Shown here in pieces: positions 35,633-49,910 of a stretch of 64,000 nt of DNA. Source of the DNA: Octopus sinensis (taxonomy: Eukaryota); contig NC_043015.1 in assembly GCF_006345805.1 (NCBI RefSeq), forward strand, positions 12,400,001-12,464,000, read 5' to 3'. The notes under the pieces are model-generated. The model searched no databases. It saw nothing but the letters and a program-made list of their open reading frames with translations, and was not told the origin of the DNA. The stretch's first letter is position 1. The number at the start of each line of letters is the position of its first letter. A program made the translations under genes and the position numbers.

Positions 35633-36230
35633 ATTGTGTTGAATGTTCTTTCAATATGTTTGGAATATGATCAGCTGCGTGTTGATGGGTGTATATGTTG
35701 TGATGAGTGTCTTGTTTAAGAATCAGAATTTTCCTTCTTTTTGGTGTGCGTGCGTTTGATATTTTCTTTTGAGTGTCTTCACCTGTGTGTATATGATGTT
35801 TTCTTTTGGATGTCTCCAGCTGTGTGTATGTGTGTATGTGTGTTTTTTGTTTGTTCATTTTGCGCTGTTTTCTTTTGTGTGTATGTAGTAAATATAAGAA
35901 ACAACTTTCAGACACAATATTGGTTAATTGAGACGGAAAGTTGTAGATTTTTTCGTATCGAAGAATATTAAATTGAAAAAAGTTCTTTTTGTATTTCGCG
36001 GTAGGCGACCGGGGTTGCCTAGTGTGCGAATTAGAATGCACGAATTACGGAATGAAATAGATAAGATCCGGGCTACATGTTTCATAGCGAGCGGAACCTC
36101 AGAAGTGGTAAATATCCAAGCGATGTGTATACCACAGGCTACTCTTCAGGCCAAAGATATTTTGATTAAATTACAGTTTACATTGTCGCAAGGAGGTACA
36201 CGTTAAACACATGCAAGATTCAATATATAT

Positions 36231-36286
<56 letters not shown>

Positions 36287-37661
36287 ATTAAGATGTATTT
36301 CTCCATTTCTTTATTTTGTATTATTAATTTGTGGTAAAACATTTTACCTTTGCCCATATAATACAGTGAATGAATTAATTGCATCGCAATTCTTAAACAT
36401 TTATGTATTAACTTTGTCGGGTGCTTTACTAGCAGTATATTGGATACATGTTATCCCATGGTGGGTTGCACTCACAACCCCTATCTCAATCTGTAATTAT
36501 ATATATATATATATAGGTGTGCAGGCGTGGCTATGTGAAAAGACGCTTGCTTATCAATCATGGTTCCAAGTTCAGTCCCACTATGTGGTACCTTGGACAA
36601 GTGTCTTCTACTATAGCCTCGCGTCGACTAAAGCCTTGAGAGCGGATTTGATAGACGGAAACTGAAAGAAGCCCGTCGTGTGTGTGTGTTTATATTTATG
36701 TATATATATATATATATACACACACACGCGCGCGCAAACACACCACTTCAAGTGTACACGCACAGATATACTCATACTCATACGCAGATTACATAACAAG
36801 ATATAGATGAATCGGTGAGAGAATCATGTGCTCTTCTCCATTCAAAATCTTGATTTTATTTTTAAATGATAAATACAATTTCAAGCTGTATAATTACCGT
36901 TCCAAACTTACTTAGTCCCGGTGATACAAGCTGTTGTTGTTTGAAAATTGCAGTGACTAAAACAATGAAGGAGTATCTAACTGAGAATGTAATGTGTTAA
37001 CAATAAATTTACGTTCTTGTATATTTTCTTAGTGATTCGTTCGTCAACACTTTGGCGATTACGACTAAGCTGTGCTTCACTGAGGAGTTCAGAATATAAT
37101 GCAAGCGTGTGCAGAGTTATCTATCTACTTACACGGAAACGACAATAAAATAAAATAAAATTCACCCTCGATAAAATCAGCATTTTCTTACAGCACGTAG
37201 ACTTACAGTTACTTTTGTAAGGCCTCATGTCTTAAATATGTTTTAAGCTTAATTAGAAAGTGATGAATAGTCTGGTAATTCATAGTACGGTAACAGAATC
37301 CTCTCGCGAGAACAGAATAAAATGTAGAATCTTATCATGATTATTGTAATTCAAGTGATAAACGTGAGTTTAATACCTGAACACAATTAACAATGTTAAT
37401 AATAAAGCTAATTTTGTTCTTAATATTAAGTTTATTAACTTGATAAAGCTATTAGAAGTCTTCGGACATGCTTCCCAGAGCGCTTCGTTTCGCGACACTG
37501 CTTTAAGTAGGGAAAATCGTTCCGCCACTATTGTTATTAAGTCGATTCCAGTTTTTACATTAACATTGCAAATATGTTTTCCCTTCAGCATTTATCATCT
37601 CGATCGTCTTACTTCATCTGACTGTTTTGGTTTTTTTTTTTCCTTTTTTTTCCACACAAAT

Positions 37662-37727
37662 ATGTATAGCTTCGAAGGGGAATTTCGTCGTGGACCTATC
37701 CAGTCATTTCGCGGCGCTAGTACAAAG
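37662..37727 (+). CDS. UBE3C: Ubiquitin-protein ligase E3C, coding exon 1
   Basis: MYSFEGEFRRGPIQSFRGASTK|gtaata; compare human MFSFEGDFKTRPKVSLGGASRK (recalled). 66 nt, phase 0. Confidence 0.9.
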
Positions 37728-37946
37728 GTAATATCAGCTTTGAGATTTGTTTAGCTTTAAAACTAAACGAAACATTTACATTATCTCTTGAAACCGCAAC
37801 TGTTTGCAAACCCATAAATATCCTGAGATTATTCATTTGGATTTCTACCTTCTAATGAATAATTTCATTTACTACAAGGAGCAAATAAATATTTTTTCTC
37901 CGTCCTAATTTTTTTTTCATTCATAAAAAAATGTAATTTTTTCAGG

Positions 37947-37978
<32 letters not shown>

Positions 37979-39009
37979 ATGTGTGTTAGTTATCCGCATA
38001 CGTGAAACAAAATACTTCTCAGAGTAGTCTGGTTGTATAGCTGAACTGGAATCGAAGTGGCTAGATAATTTGTCAAAAGTTCTTTTAGACGAGGCGTCAA
38101 CATGAACTTTTGAAAAATGTTGACATTCTCTGTATAACATATACCTAGGTAATTTTTTTTTTTTTAAGGTAGGATTATAGTAAGAGAATTATATAATGAA
38201 TCGTCCTAAATACCTTCGTAATAGCATTCAAGAAAAAGCAATTTATGTTTTATTAATTATAAACAAGAGTTCTATATAGCAATATAATAATAATAATAAC
38301 AATAATAATATAGAGATAATTCTAAACGATTTCTAACATAAAATGTTGTATCATTTGGGGATATATCTTTGTTGGGTTCAACAATATTTCTAATATGTCT
38401 ATTCAATGAATCTTATAGACCACCCACACTGCACTTTATTTCTACGGAACTTTCATACATACACTCACAAAAGACGAAGTAAATTAAAACGAGGAATTCT
38501 CCTATATATTCGGTGTCCCCTTAAAATTTAAATAAGTACACATTGTGAACCCTATATCTTAAATATGTTGATCATTCCAGTTATACATGATAGTTTATTA
38601 GTTTCTGGTTTTCTAGAATACTACACAAGACAGTTTTAAAACACTTCCGGTAAAAATAAAATTATGCACTATTGCCTGCGTTAATAAAATAACAACATAG
38701 ATTCGGTTAAAATATTAATTATAAATTTCTTAAAAACTAGAAAAAATTAAACACATAGAAATTGCATTAAAAAATGATTTGCATAACAGGTTTAAAATTT
38801 TCTAAAGCTGACTTTCATATCCGTATTTTATCGAAGATATATGTATGTATCTACATTAATTCTTCCCTTCTATATTGGACCTGATGCAGTGCTGTGGTAC
38901 AAATTCGAAAAGGCTTCAAGACTCAATCTTGTTTATGAGAAGCCTGTTCTGAGCTAGTGGAAAAGTTGGAAACTAAATGTATTGGCTAAAACAGTGTTAT
39001 CTAAACGAA

Positions 39010-39066
<57 letters not shown>

Positions 39067-39339
39067 ATATACACGCACATACAGGACGGTGGGTGCTGAA
39101 AATTTCCTGCCTTTAAAGGTGTCGCGAAAGGCCTGGTTGAAGCCCCGGTCTTCCGAGTTCTTTTAGAGAGCTTAGAAAGACTGAAGGACCGCAGCAATAA
39201 GTGTGTGAATGTGAGAGGGGAACATGTTAAATAAAATCTTAATTAACTAATCCTCCTGTATTTTCTTTTATCCAAAGCCGGAAACTTTTCAACACCTCCT
39301 CGATTATGTGTTTTGTTTATGTATAGGTGTGTGGACGAG

Positions 39340-40149
39340 GGGCAAAATGAGTAAGATTTAAAAATTAAAAAAATTACAACTGTTTACTACCTTACTAAAA
39401 CTATATAAGCTAAGCAAATGACCTCTAAAATGTATTTAAAACACTACAACATATTCAGAACATTATTTCAGAAGATTATCACTGTTCTCTTGGAGCATAT
39501 AAAAGACAACTTTAGCTGGAGCAAAGCGAGTGAGGCAAGGTATATTTGCTTCTTTAATTCCTCAGAATTACATTTGAAAACAGACTCATACACATCAATA
39601 TTCATCCTTTGACATCAGAAATACCGCAAAAATTTTAAATATCCCAGTCAAATGAAAGAGGATCATGGAAAAATGGCGCATTATATGAAATTCACAAAAC
39701 TTGTCTAAATCTAAAAACTGAACTTAAAATATTCTCTATAGCTTCTTCACAATCTGCTGAAATGGCTCTCTTCCAGCTCTATTTATGCACCATATAGTTA
39801 AAGAGAAGAAATTATTGAGATTTAGCACTCTCATTTTGCTCCAATTTAGTGTGGGAAAAAATTGACACGGGATCCAAGAGAAAAGAGTGTTGATTGTTAA
39901 ACACCAAAAGTTATCCAGATATTTTTTAGCAACCCCAGGTAAAAGTTGAAAAATTTCTTTAAAAAAAAAAGTACCTATCACCAGACTATATTTCTAACTC
40001 TCTCAACTAACAGCAACAACTATGCTGACCAATTTTTTATTCCCAAAGATAATACAACAGTACAAAATCATGAGTTAATACTTGTAATGTGATGATTTCA
40101 ATCAGATAGGGAGCAAATAACAAAAAATCAGAAATTACTCATTTTGCCC
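39340..40149. mobile_element. ~810-bp non-autonomous DNA element with 15-bp TIRs
   Basis: GGGCAAAATGAGTAA / TTACTCATTTTGCCC. Confidence 0.55.
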
Positions 40150-42772
40150 TCTCCCCTATGTATATATATATATATATATATATATCATCATCATCATCAT
40201 CATTTAGCGTCCGCTTTCCATGCTAGCATGGGTTGGACGGTTCAACTGGGGTCTGTGAAGCCAGAAGGCTGCATCAGGCCCAGTCTGATCTGGCAGTGTT
40301 TCTACGGCTGGATGCCCTTCCTAACGCCAACCACTCCGTGAGTGTAGTGGGTGCTTTTTACACACATACACACACACACAAATACAGGTTACAAACCTCA
40401 TTCAGGGATAGCAAAATCCTATGAAAGTATTGGTTAGTTACTTATACAAAGAATGTTGATCATTGCAGTTAGTACTCAACCGTAAGGTAACTATATAAAT
40501 GGTGGTTTATATATATATTTATTTATTATAAGATAAGAAAATAGAGAGGTAATTAATAAATTATTATTTATTAACTAAAGCATAATTTATTAATTACCTC
40601 TATATTTTCTTTTCTTATATATATATATATATATATATATATGTTTGTGTGTGTGTATATGTAAAGTTCCTGGCTTTGGGTAAAAGAAAATGCAGGAGGA
40701 TCAGTTAATTATGATTTTATTCAGCACCCATTAGACTTTTGGAGTTGTTGGCGTTAGGAAGGACGTCTAGCCATAGAAAACTATGGTGCAGCTTACCAGC
40801 CCTGGTCAAACCATCAAACCCATGCCAGCATGGTCAACGGATGAGTGGTTGGCATTAGGAAGGGCATCCAGCCGTTGAAACTTTGCCAGATCAGACTGGG
40901 CCTGGTGCAGCCTTCTGGCTTCCCAGACCCCAGTTGAACCATCCAACCCATGTTAGCATGGAAAGCAGACTCTAAACAATGATGATGATGATATTCCCCT
41001 CTCAGATTCGCACACTTATTGCAGTGGTCTTTAAGCTCTCTAAAAGAACTTGAAAGGTTGGGCCTCCAACCAAACCTTTTGCGATACCCTTAAAACCAGG
41101 AACTTTTCAGCACTTCCTCATGTATATAACGAGGGGTACCCATAGAAAATCTACAGGTGATAAACATTTAGTTTACCATTTACTTGCACAAATTGTATTG
41201 CAAGGGATTAATTGAATAAAATTTATGCTCCTCTTTTCATTTAATATATTATACAATGTATAGATCAACAGTTTTAACATACATACATCTCACTTTACTC
41301 AGTATTGAGCCAACTAAATGACCTGTTGACCTTCCTACAAAATATAAATAATGGATGTTCCATCTATCTATCCACTCGGTCGAAGTCGACTCTCGGTTAC
41401 TCGTTGGATCAGTGTCCTCCAGTCAGTTCTATCCTTCTTTCAGATTGGCTATATCGATTCCAGTATCACTCTTGATGGTGTCAAGCCAGCGGGTCCATAG
41501 CTCAACTAAATGTCTTGTCTTTATTTCAAAGAATTTAGGCAGTAGTGAATGTACCATAGTAGCTAATCATCTTTATTGCAAATAATGGGCATGAGTAAAC
41601 ACACACACACTACTAATTGGTAGATTAAATATCAGGCAACCAGATGGTAAACAAGCATGACTTGCAGTTCAGTTGTATCTTATTAAATATGTAACTGGAT
41701 GCTTAATGCGTTGGGTTAATTTTTCTCATTAGCTTTGCACAGTTTGTGACAAATATATCCTGCTGTAATTAAAGATCATTAAGAAACACATCACATTATT
41801 GTAGGTATCTGGATGAAGGATGATGCTTATAATCTTTGCAGGTCTTCTCCAAATGGTTGTTATAGTTGATGCCCATTGGAAAAACATGGGGCAATAGGAA
41901 GTTCTAGAAAGTTGTAATAATTGTGTGAAGGAGTTTCTTTTTTGATGATGGGACAAAGGTGCATGAACTGTAGTAATGGAAAAAGAAACGAAGAATACAA
42001 TGGGTTAGTGGTTGTAGTCAGTTTCCTAAATCAGTAATTTTTTTTAATGCAGTCTAGAATAGCAGCAACACTGTCCTCGATATGTGAGCATAACTCTGTT
42101 GGATATATTTGCTTATACTTTGCAAAGGACCAGAAACTATTTGGTGCTGAAGTGCTTTCTCCTAGCTTTTGGTATGTGATGATAAAAGCTCATCAAAGAT
42201 TGTAAGGTCTAACATTTTTGTGACTGATAGTAACAAGTCTCTGTATAATTGAAATTGTTGCATTAAACTGCAATGCTGGTTTTATGTTAGACTTATTTCT
42301 CTATGGTTTTAGCTTAGGAAGCAGTTTTGTTCTACTAAGCCAATACTGCATGAAAATGAAATTTTAAGGTGCTGTAACAATTCAGTAAATTACTGAATAT
42401 CTTACATATAAAGACTATAGCTATACTAATGTAGTCATTATTGTTATTCAGGTTTTATGTTTACAATTTTGTGGATCAGATCTGCACACATTTCTACAAA
42501 AGGATTTTAAATATATATATGGGAAGTTCTACAGCTGGATGCCCTTCCTAACGCCAACCACTCCGTGAGTGTAGTGGATGCTTTTTACGTGCCAGAAGAG
42601 GCTGGTACATAAAAAGCATCCACTACACTCACGGAGTGGTTGACGTTAGGAAGGGCATCCAGCTGTGCCAGATCAGACTGAGGCCTGGTGCAGCCTCCTG
42701 GCTTCCCAGACCCCAGTTGAACCGTCCAACCCATGCTAGCATGGAAAGCGGACGTTAAACGATGATGATGAT

Positions 42773-42820
<48 letters not shown>

Positions 42821-42868
42821 CATAGATAGATATACATATATAGATAGATAGATATACAACATACATAG

Positions 42869-42920
<52 letters not shown>

Positions 42921-42964
42921 GCTAGATAGATATATATATAGATGTATAGATATGAATATATATA

Positions 42965-43130
42965 TTATATAAAATCCGTTCTGTCTGTCTGTGTGTGTCT
43001 ACTAGGATCTCGGGCATCCTCCATCCGATTGCGCTCAAATTTGATATGTAGATACCGACTGTATCAGGGCGTGTTTAAGTTTTGAAAAAATTACAAAAAT
43101 CAATTCCAGGTGAGAATGTGATTGATAAAG
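42965..43130 (+). mobile_element. Helitron/Helentron-like 5' fragment
   Basis: ATAAAATCCGTTCTGTCTGTCTGTGTGTGTC...CCGATTGCGCTCAAATTTG after (TA)n resembles non-autonomous Helitron-family heads. Inference only. Confidence 0.35.
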
Positions 43131-43585
43131 CCTTGGGAACATGCATTTGTGCATGCAAGTACATCAGCTGTTGCAATCGATATATATATATATATAATAT
43201 ATATATATACGCCAGCTGAATTCAATTCGTCCCCAGTCGAAAGACACCTGTTGTTATGTCCTGTTATTATTATTTTTCTTTTTATTGTATTTTATATTTA
43301 TATTTGTGTAACATTGTCTGTTTTTCCGTCCTTGTTTTCGTATACATTCAATGCTTTCTTCCAAGGAATCTAATGCTCTTAGCTTAGTTTTTCCTTAGGT
43401 CTGGCCAGATTGGAGCAATCTCAAGATTAATCAGCCGAAGTTGCGAGGATCATCTGCTTCTTGACTGAGGATAGAAAGTTTCAAATGACCCGTTCTTGTT
43501 TTTTTGTATTGTCTATCTGGATATTTTGCTGTCCCTTTTTATATCACCTAGTTGTCCGGATGTTTTGCGTTCTTGTCCCATTTTG

Positions 43586-43591
<6 letters not shown>

Positions 43592-43654
<63 letters not shown>

Positions 43655-45156
43655 TATATATGTATTTATGTGTTTCTGCAAAGTGTGCTGGAGCACCACC
43701 ATGACTTTCCCTCCTTATGCTGTGCTCTTTACACGTTCCTTGCATGGCTCTTCTCCACCACCTGATGTAGTCCAATCAAGACTTTCGATGGCACATCTGG
43801 TGTATAAGAGAATTTAACATCACTGCCCTCAGCTGTGTCTCATTTCGAGCCATTGGTTCATCTGGTATCATGGATAGGAAAGTGTCGAGTTTTGTTTCGA
43901 AGACCTCTATATCCATGTCTTGCAGGTCTCTCAATTGTTTTGGCAGGGCATTAAAGAGCTGAGGTCCTCTGAAACCGAGGCTGTTACAGTACCTTGTTCT
44001 TATATGAGATGCAGTGGACAGTACCCTTGGTACTATGCAGTGGCAACCTGTGCGGGCATTCGTGTAATACTTGATGCCAAAGTTTGGTACCAGTCCTTCC
44101 AGTATTTTCCATATGTAAATTATTACATATCTCTCCCACCTGCGCTCCATGGAGTAGAGCTTTAGTGCTTTCAGTCGCTCCGTGTAGTTCATCTACTGGT
44201 CTGTGGTGATCTTTTTTGTATAGTGACGCTGAATTGCCTTGAGTTCTGTGGTCAACTTGACACTGTGTGGTGACCACAACTGGGAGCAATAGTCTAGGTG
44301 GCTCAAAACAAATGTCTGACATAGAGTCAACATGACTTTTTGATCTGATCCCTTGTTCTGAAAGTTCTCAGTATCCACCCTGCCAGTTGTCTGCACTTTG
44401 CTGTCAACTTGACAATGTGCATGTGAAATGATGCATCACTACACTTGCTGATGCCCAGGTCTCTCACTGTTTGTGGTTCTGGGATTGCAGTACCTCCAGG
44501 TCCTGTGTATGCCAGTTGGGGGGCACTTGTGGCCTTGTAGAGCAGTACTTGAAATTTTTTATCATTGAACTGCATATATTGCATTTTGGTCATTCTGCAG
44601 GCTTCTTCATTGCCTGAGATAGTTTAGTGTCATCAGCGTAGCTAGTGACAATGGCTGTCTGAGTGACTGGGGGCATGTCCAGAAGGGCTACTATGAACAG
44701 TAGTGGTCCCAGGACAGTTCCTTGTGGAACACTGCTCAATATTTGCGTTTCCCTAGATAATTCTCCATTGGCTGCAACTGTCTGACTTCTACCATCCAGG
44801 AAGTCATGCAACCACTCTCCTAATTTACCATCTTTGCCAAGGTTTTTCAGTTTGTGACATATCATGCCATGATCAACTTTGTCAAAGGCTTTTGCAAAGT
44901 CGAGATATATCACGTCAACATTTGAATGGTCAAGTAGCTGCCCCAGGACCCAGTCATAATGGACGGAAACCATGCTGGGTCTCATTCAGCAAGTCATTTT
45001 CTTCTAGGAACTCAATCACCTTCCTTCTGACAATTTGTTCCGAGACTTTGCTAATATGTGAAGTCAGATAGATGGGCCTGTATTCCCAGCCTCTGCTCTG
45101 TTTTCACCTTTGTGGATAGGACATATGATCCCTTCCTTCAGCTTTTCATATATATT

Positions 45157-45230
<74 letters not shown>

Positions 45231-46730
45231 GTATTTATGTGTTTCTGCAAAGTGTGCTGGAGCACCACCATGACTTTCCCTCCTTATGCTGTGCTCTTTA
45301 CACGTTCCTTGCATGGCTCTTCTCCACCACCTGATGTAGTCCAATCAAGACTTTCGATGGCACATCTGGTGTATAAGAGAATTTAACATCACTGCCCTCA
45401 GCTGTGTCTCATTTCGAGCCATTGGTTCATCTGGTATCATGGATAGGAAAGTGTCGAGTTTTGTTTCGAAGACCTCTATATCCATGTCTTGCAGGTCTCT
45501 CAATTGTTTTGGCAGGGCATTAAAGAGCTGAGGTCCTCTGAAACCGAGGCTGTTACAGTACCTTGTTCTTATATGAGATGCAGTGGACAGTACCCTTGGT
45601 ACTATGCAGTGGCAACCTGTGCGGGCATTCGTGTAATACTTGATGCCAAAGTTTGGTACCAGTCCTTCCAGTATTTTCCATATGTAAATTATTACATATC
45701 TCTCCCACCTGCGCTCCATGGAGTAGAGCTTTAGTGCTTTCAGTCGCTCCGTGTAGTTCATCTACTGGTCTGTGGTGATCTTTTTTGTATAGTGACGCTG
45801 AATTGCCTTGAGTTCTGTGGTCAACTTGACACTGTGTGGTGACCACAACTGGGAGCAATAGTCTAGGTGGCTCAAAACAAATGTCTGACATAGAGTCAAC
45901 ATGACTTTTTGATCTGATCCCTTGTTCTGAAAGTTCTCAGTATCCACCCTGCCAGTTGTCTGCACTTTGCTGTCAACTTGACAATGTGCATGTGAAATGA
46001 TGCATCACTACACTTGCTGATGCCCAGGTCTCTCACTGTTTGTGGTTCTGGGATTGCAGTACCTCCAGGTCCTGTGTATGCCAGTTGGGGGGCACTTGTG
46101 GCCTTGTAGAGCAGTACTTGAAATTTTTTATCATTGAACTGCATATATTGCATTTTGGTCATTCTGCAGGCTTCTTCATTGCCTGAGATAGTTTAGTGTC
46201 ATCAGCGTAGCTAGTGACAATGGCTGTCTGAGTGACTGGGGGCATGTCCAGAAGGGCTACTATGAACAGTAGTGGTCCCAGGACAGTTCCTTGTGGAACA
46301 CTGCTCAATATTTGCGTTTCCCTAGATAATTCTCCATTGGCTGCAACTGTCTGACTTCTACCATCCAGGAAGTCATGCAACCACTCTCCTAATTTACCAT
46401 CTTTGCCAAGGTTTTTCAGTTTGTGACATATCATGCCATGATCAACTTTGTCAAAGGCTTTTGCAAAGTCGAGATATATCACGTCAACATTTGAATGGTC
46501 AAGTAGCTGCCCCAGGACCCAGTCATAATGGACGGAAACCATGCTGGGTCTCATTCAGCAAGTCATTTTCTTCTAGGAACTCAATCACCTTCCTTCTGAC
46601 AATTTGTTCCGAGACTTTGCTAATATGTGAAGTCAGATAGATGGGCCTGTATTCCCAGCCTCTGCTCTGTTTTCACCTTTGTGGATAGGACATATGATCC
46701 CTTCCTTCAGCTTTTCATATATATTGGATA
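43592..46730 (-). mobile_element. Two identical 1569-bp tandem units, each a 5'-truncated CR1-type LINE plus a (TA)n(CA)n microsatellite
   Basis: ORFs repeat at +1569 (43776/45345, 44193/45762, 44590/46159) with identical translations. Motifs IYLDFAKAFDKVDH, VPQGTVLGPLLF, YADDTK, SHLDYCSQLWSP. Confidence 0.92.
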
Positions 46731-46738
46731 TATATATA

Positions 46739-46791
<53 letters not shown>

Positions 46792-47020
46792 TTATGTATA
46801 TACACACACATTATATATATATATATATATACATTATATATATACATTATATATCATCATCGTTTAACGTCCGCTATCCATGCTAGCATGGGTTGGACGA
46901 TTTGACTGAGGGCTGGCTAACCAGATAGCTGCACCAAGCTTCAATCTTGATCTGGCAGAGTTTCTACAGCTGGTTGCCCTTCCTAACACCAACCACTCTA
47001 AGAGTGTACACATTATATAA

Positions 47021-47061
<41 letters not shown>

Positions 47062-47698
47062 TATATATATACAAATATATATGTAAAAGGCAATCCAGCT
47101 ACTCACAATATAAACAGATCTTTAAGTAATTAAACAAATAAGAACTTCCAAGGCATTGGTCAATGTAGTACTAACAACCTGTTATCACTTAATAAAATCC
47201 AAAACTCAAATATTACTCAGTTCTAGAATTACTCTAGTATTACACCATTTATTATCAGGTCAGGTGTGCGGACATGTGCTGTTGTAGCATGTTGTTGCAT
47301 TCACCATTTGTTGGTATTTTTCTGATTTCTTCCTGAGTGATCTGTTGAAAAGAGTCTCAGTTAGTCCCCATCTCCATGAGATACCTCCTCATCTGCTCTG
47401 ACCATGTGGCATGTGGTTGACCAACACAAGCTGTCAACCCAGCCCGATCCTCAGTGAAGAGAACATGGTAAGCAGGGTCTAACTTGGAAAATCAAACATG
47501 ACCAAACAGTCTGAACTCAATTCCTGATTCATACAGTTTCTGAGTAGAGTTGCTTGTTAGGTATAAAATCCAATGAAAGATAACCTGTAGTCCTACAAAG
47601 CACTCTTGTACCATTGGAGGTCAAGCAGCTCCTAAGGGCCCTGGACAACATACAAGTCTCACATCTATAAAGCAAGACTGGGAAGATCAGAGACTTAA

Positions 47699-47918
47699 CC
47701 CGTTCGATACCAACCCGGCTGAAACTGGCTCTGGCTCTGAGTACAAATGTCTTGTTTCCATAAGTTTTGAATTAAAATCTTCCACCAAACCTTAGTCACA
47801 ATTTATGTTCCTAACATTAGCTTAATGATAACTAAGTTATTTTACTAAATTCTTTATCATATTTAAAGTAATTGAAAGAAACACAGAGCATCTCAAAATA
47901 GATACAGTAACAAAAGGG
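47699..47918 (+). mobile_element. piggyBac-type MITE (220 bp) with TTAA TSD; second copy from 63798 to the window end
   Basis: TTAA|CCCGTTCGATAC...GTAACAAAAGGG|TTAA; the interior closely matches 63798-64000. Confidence 0.85.
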
Positions 47919-48149
47919 TTAAAGACCTGAACCTTTGTATTCCTGCACAGATATCAGCAGAGTCAAACAAATTTTGTCCACTGAGTCCACAACTGCACCA
48001 GCTTGTCCAAGTCTTTTTAGGACTTCAGACTTGCAGCTAATGCCGCTATGAATCTCATTGCTGAGATAAGTGAAACAGTCAACAGCTTTAACATTCTCAC
48101 CTGCAACAGAGACGACAAGGTCAAGTCACCACAATTAACAATCCACATC

Positions 48150-48480
48150 TTAAAACCATAAAAACCTTACCGCTTGAACGACCTGGAATAAACTCCAGGA
48201 ATTTGAGGGAATTGAATTGATGTCATCCCCAGCATGTAATCTGGACATAGCTGCCTCAGATTATTACTTGTTCCGACTCACAGCACTTCATCAACCAATA
48301 GGAGGTGGAAACCTCAGTGAAAGAGTTCTTCACCTCAAAGGACAGCATGGGTTCAAAGAACTAGTAGAAAGAAGGCTTCAGTTGGTGCAACACAATGGCC
48401 TCTACATTGAATGCTAAGCTGCTATTGTGGTAACGTGATGAATAAAGCAAATAAGTTACCAAAATACTGCAAAACTTGTG
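48150..48480 (+). mobile_element. Degenerate mariner 3' fragment
   Basis: DIAASDYYLFR...LVERR..LVQHNGLYIE matches the YSPDLAPSDYxLF...W..xGxY mariner C-terminus. Confidence 0.6.
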
Positions 48481-49910
48481 CTTCAATACAATCAAAATAA
48501 TATACTTGCGGTATTAAATTTGAAATCGGGCTGAAGTGAAATTGTCTATAATCTTCAGTTATTAAATGTTTATGACAGATTATCATTTTAGGGTATTATG
48601 CTTGATTTAATCAAGAAATTGTGTTATAGCCCTGTTTTCCTTTGATGCATATTGCATCCAAATTATCTCTCTCATCTTAACTGTAATTTTCAATACCCCT
48701 TAATTAATGTAGTTGCTAACTTAAACTGATTTTCATCTAGAAACTCATAACTGGAATGCCATATGGCATATTTCATGAAACCACATTATTGAAAAGGTTT
48801 AAACATATTAATTAATCCACTCTTACATTCTATTGTCTTAACCATTTTTTCTAATTGGAATCATTGCACTGGATAACATTTTATTAGCTTTTTCATTTGT
48901 GTGTTCACACACATACACAAAAAGACTTTTTTTTAATATATTTAATTCATTCTTTGAAACAAAACAGTAATAAAGAAAAAATACTTTTGAATGTTTCTGA
49001 ATACAAGTTACATTTTGTTTAAGGTGCTAAATGAAACAATTTAAATAGAAGATAATTGAAAATAATTATGATTTGCAACAGTAGTTTATTTCATATTATT
49101 TTCCCCCCAAAATGATTATATAAAATGTTCAAGGGATTGTTTTTCTTTTTAACAATAGTTTTCTGTGAAATATACTGCATGAATTTAAGTTTTGTTACTT
49201 ACATTCTACTGCTTTTGTTTATCAGATTCTATATAAGATTTGTTTTATTGAGAAATAAACCTTCAATCATTCTAAACTGTAGCTGCACCTAGAGGTCATC
49301 TCAAAAGTAACAGTCGGGCTGGTCAAGTTAATTAGATGTTAAGATACCTTCTCATAGGTTGTGAATTCAAATCTCTTGGAAGAATTTCATCATGTTTTTG
49401 AATAGAATTCTTCAACATTGTCTCCATTCAGATAGTTATCTGTGTTAATGAAAAGCCCTACCCAAAATTACGTTTACTTCTTCAGTTCATATTAAGAACC
49501 AGCCCTTACAAAGCCTTTTGTAGTTCAGGTAACATTTACATTTTTTTCCATTATCTCAGGATTTAATAGTAGATTCCTATGGAGATGTTTTGCATAGTGA
49601 ATGATTGCAGGTATATAAGGTACCTGTAGTAGAGGCAGATCAAGTGAGACATGGGAAAGAGTTGTCAAACCTATGAAAATTATCTCTTAAAAATGAGAGA
49701 TGTAGATCAAGGTGCACGGACAAGGGTTTCATTGTCACCCTATCTATTTCAGATATGTGCGTTAAAGAGACAAGAATAATGTTGATTTTATGCATAACTG
49801 ACAGTTCATGTTTTCTAAATACTCTTTAGAGCTTTGTTTGAAGGACTTTTAAAAAGTCATGGATTTCCTTTGGTTTAAAATTTTAATGAAGGTATTGCTT
49901 TTTGTTTCAG

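Noticed and set aside
40538-40607. AT-rich ~22-bp-stem hairpin (and the 14-bp stem at 2787-2821) as ncRNA or terminator
   Set aside because: Both are best explained as small repeat-derived inverted sequences (2778-2800 matches 21228-21250). Intrinsic terminators are not relevant to this eukaryotic context.
43210-43580. Further hammerhead in a Penelope-like stretch
   Set aside because: GACACCTG runs directly into TTGTT with no CUGANGA-helix II-GAAA core, so no ribozyme can be drawn.
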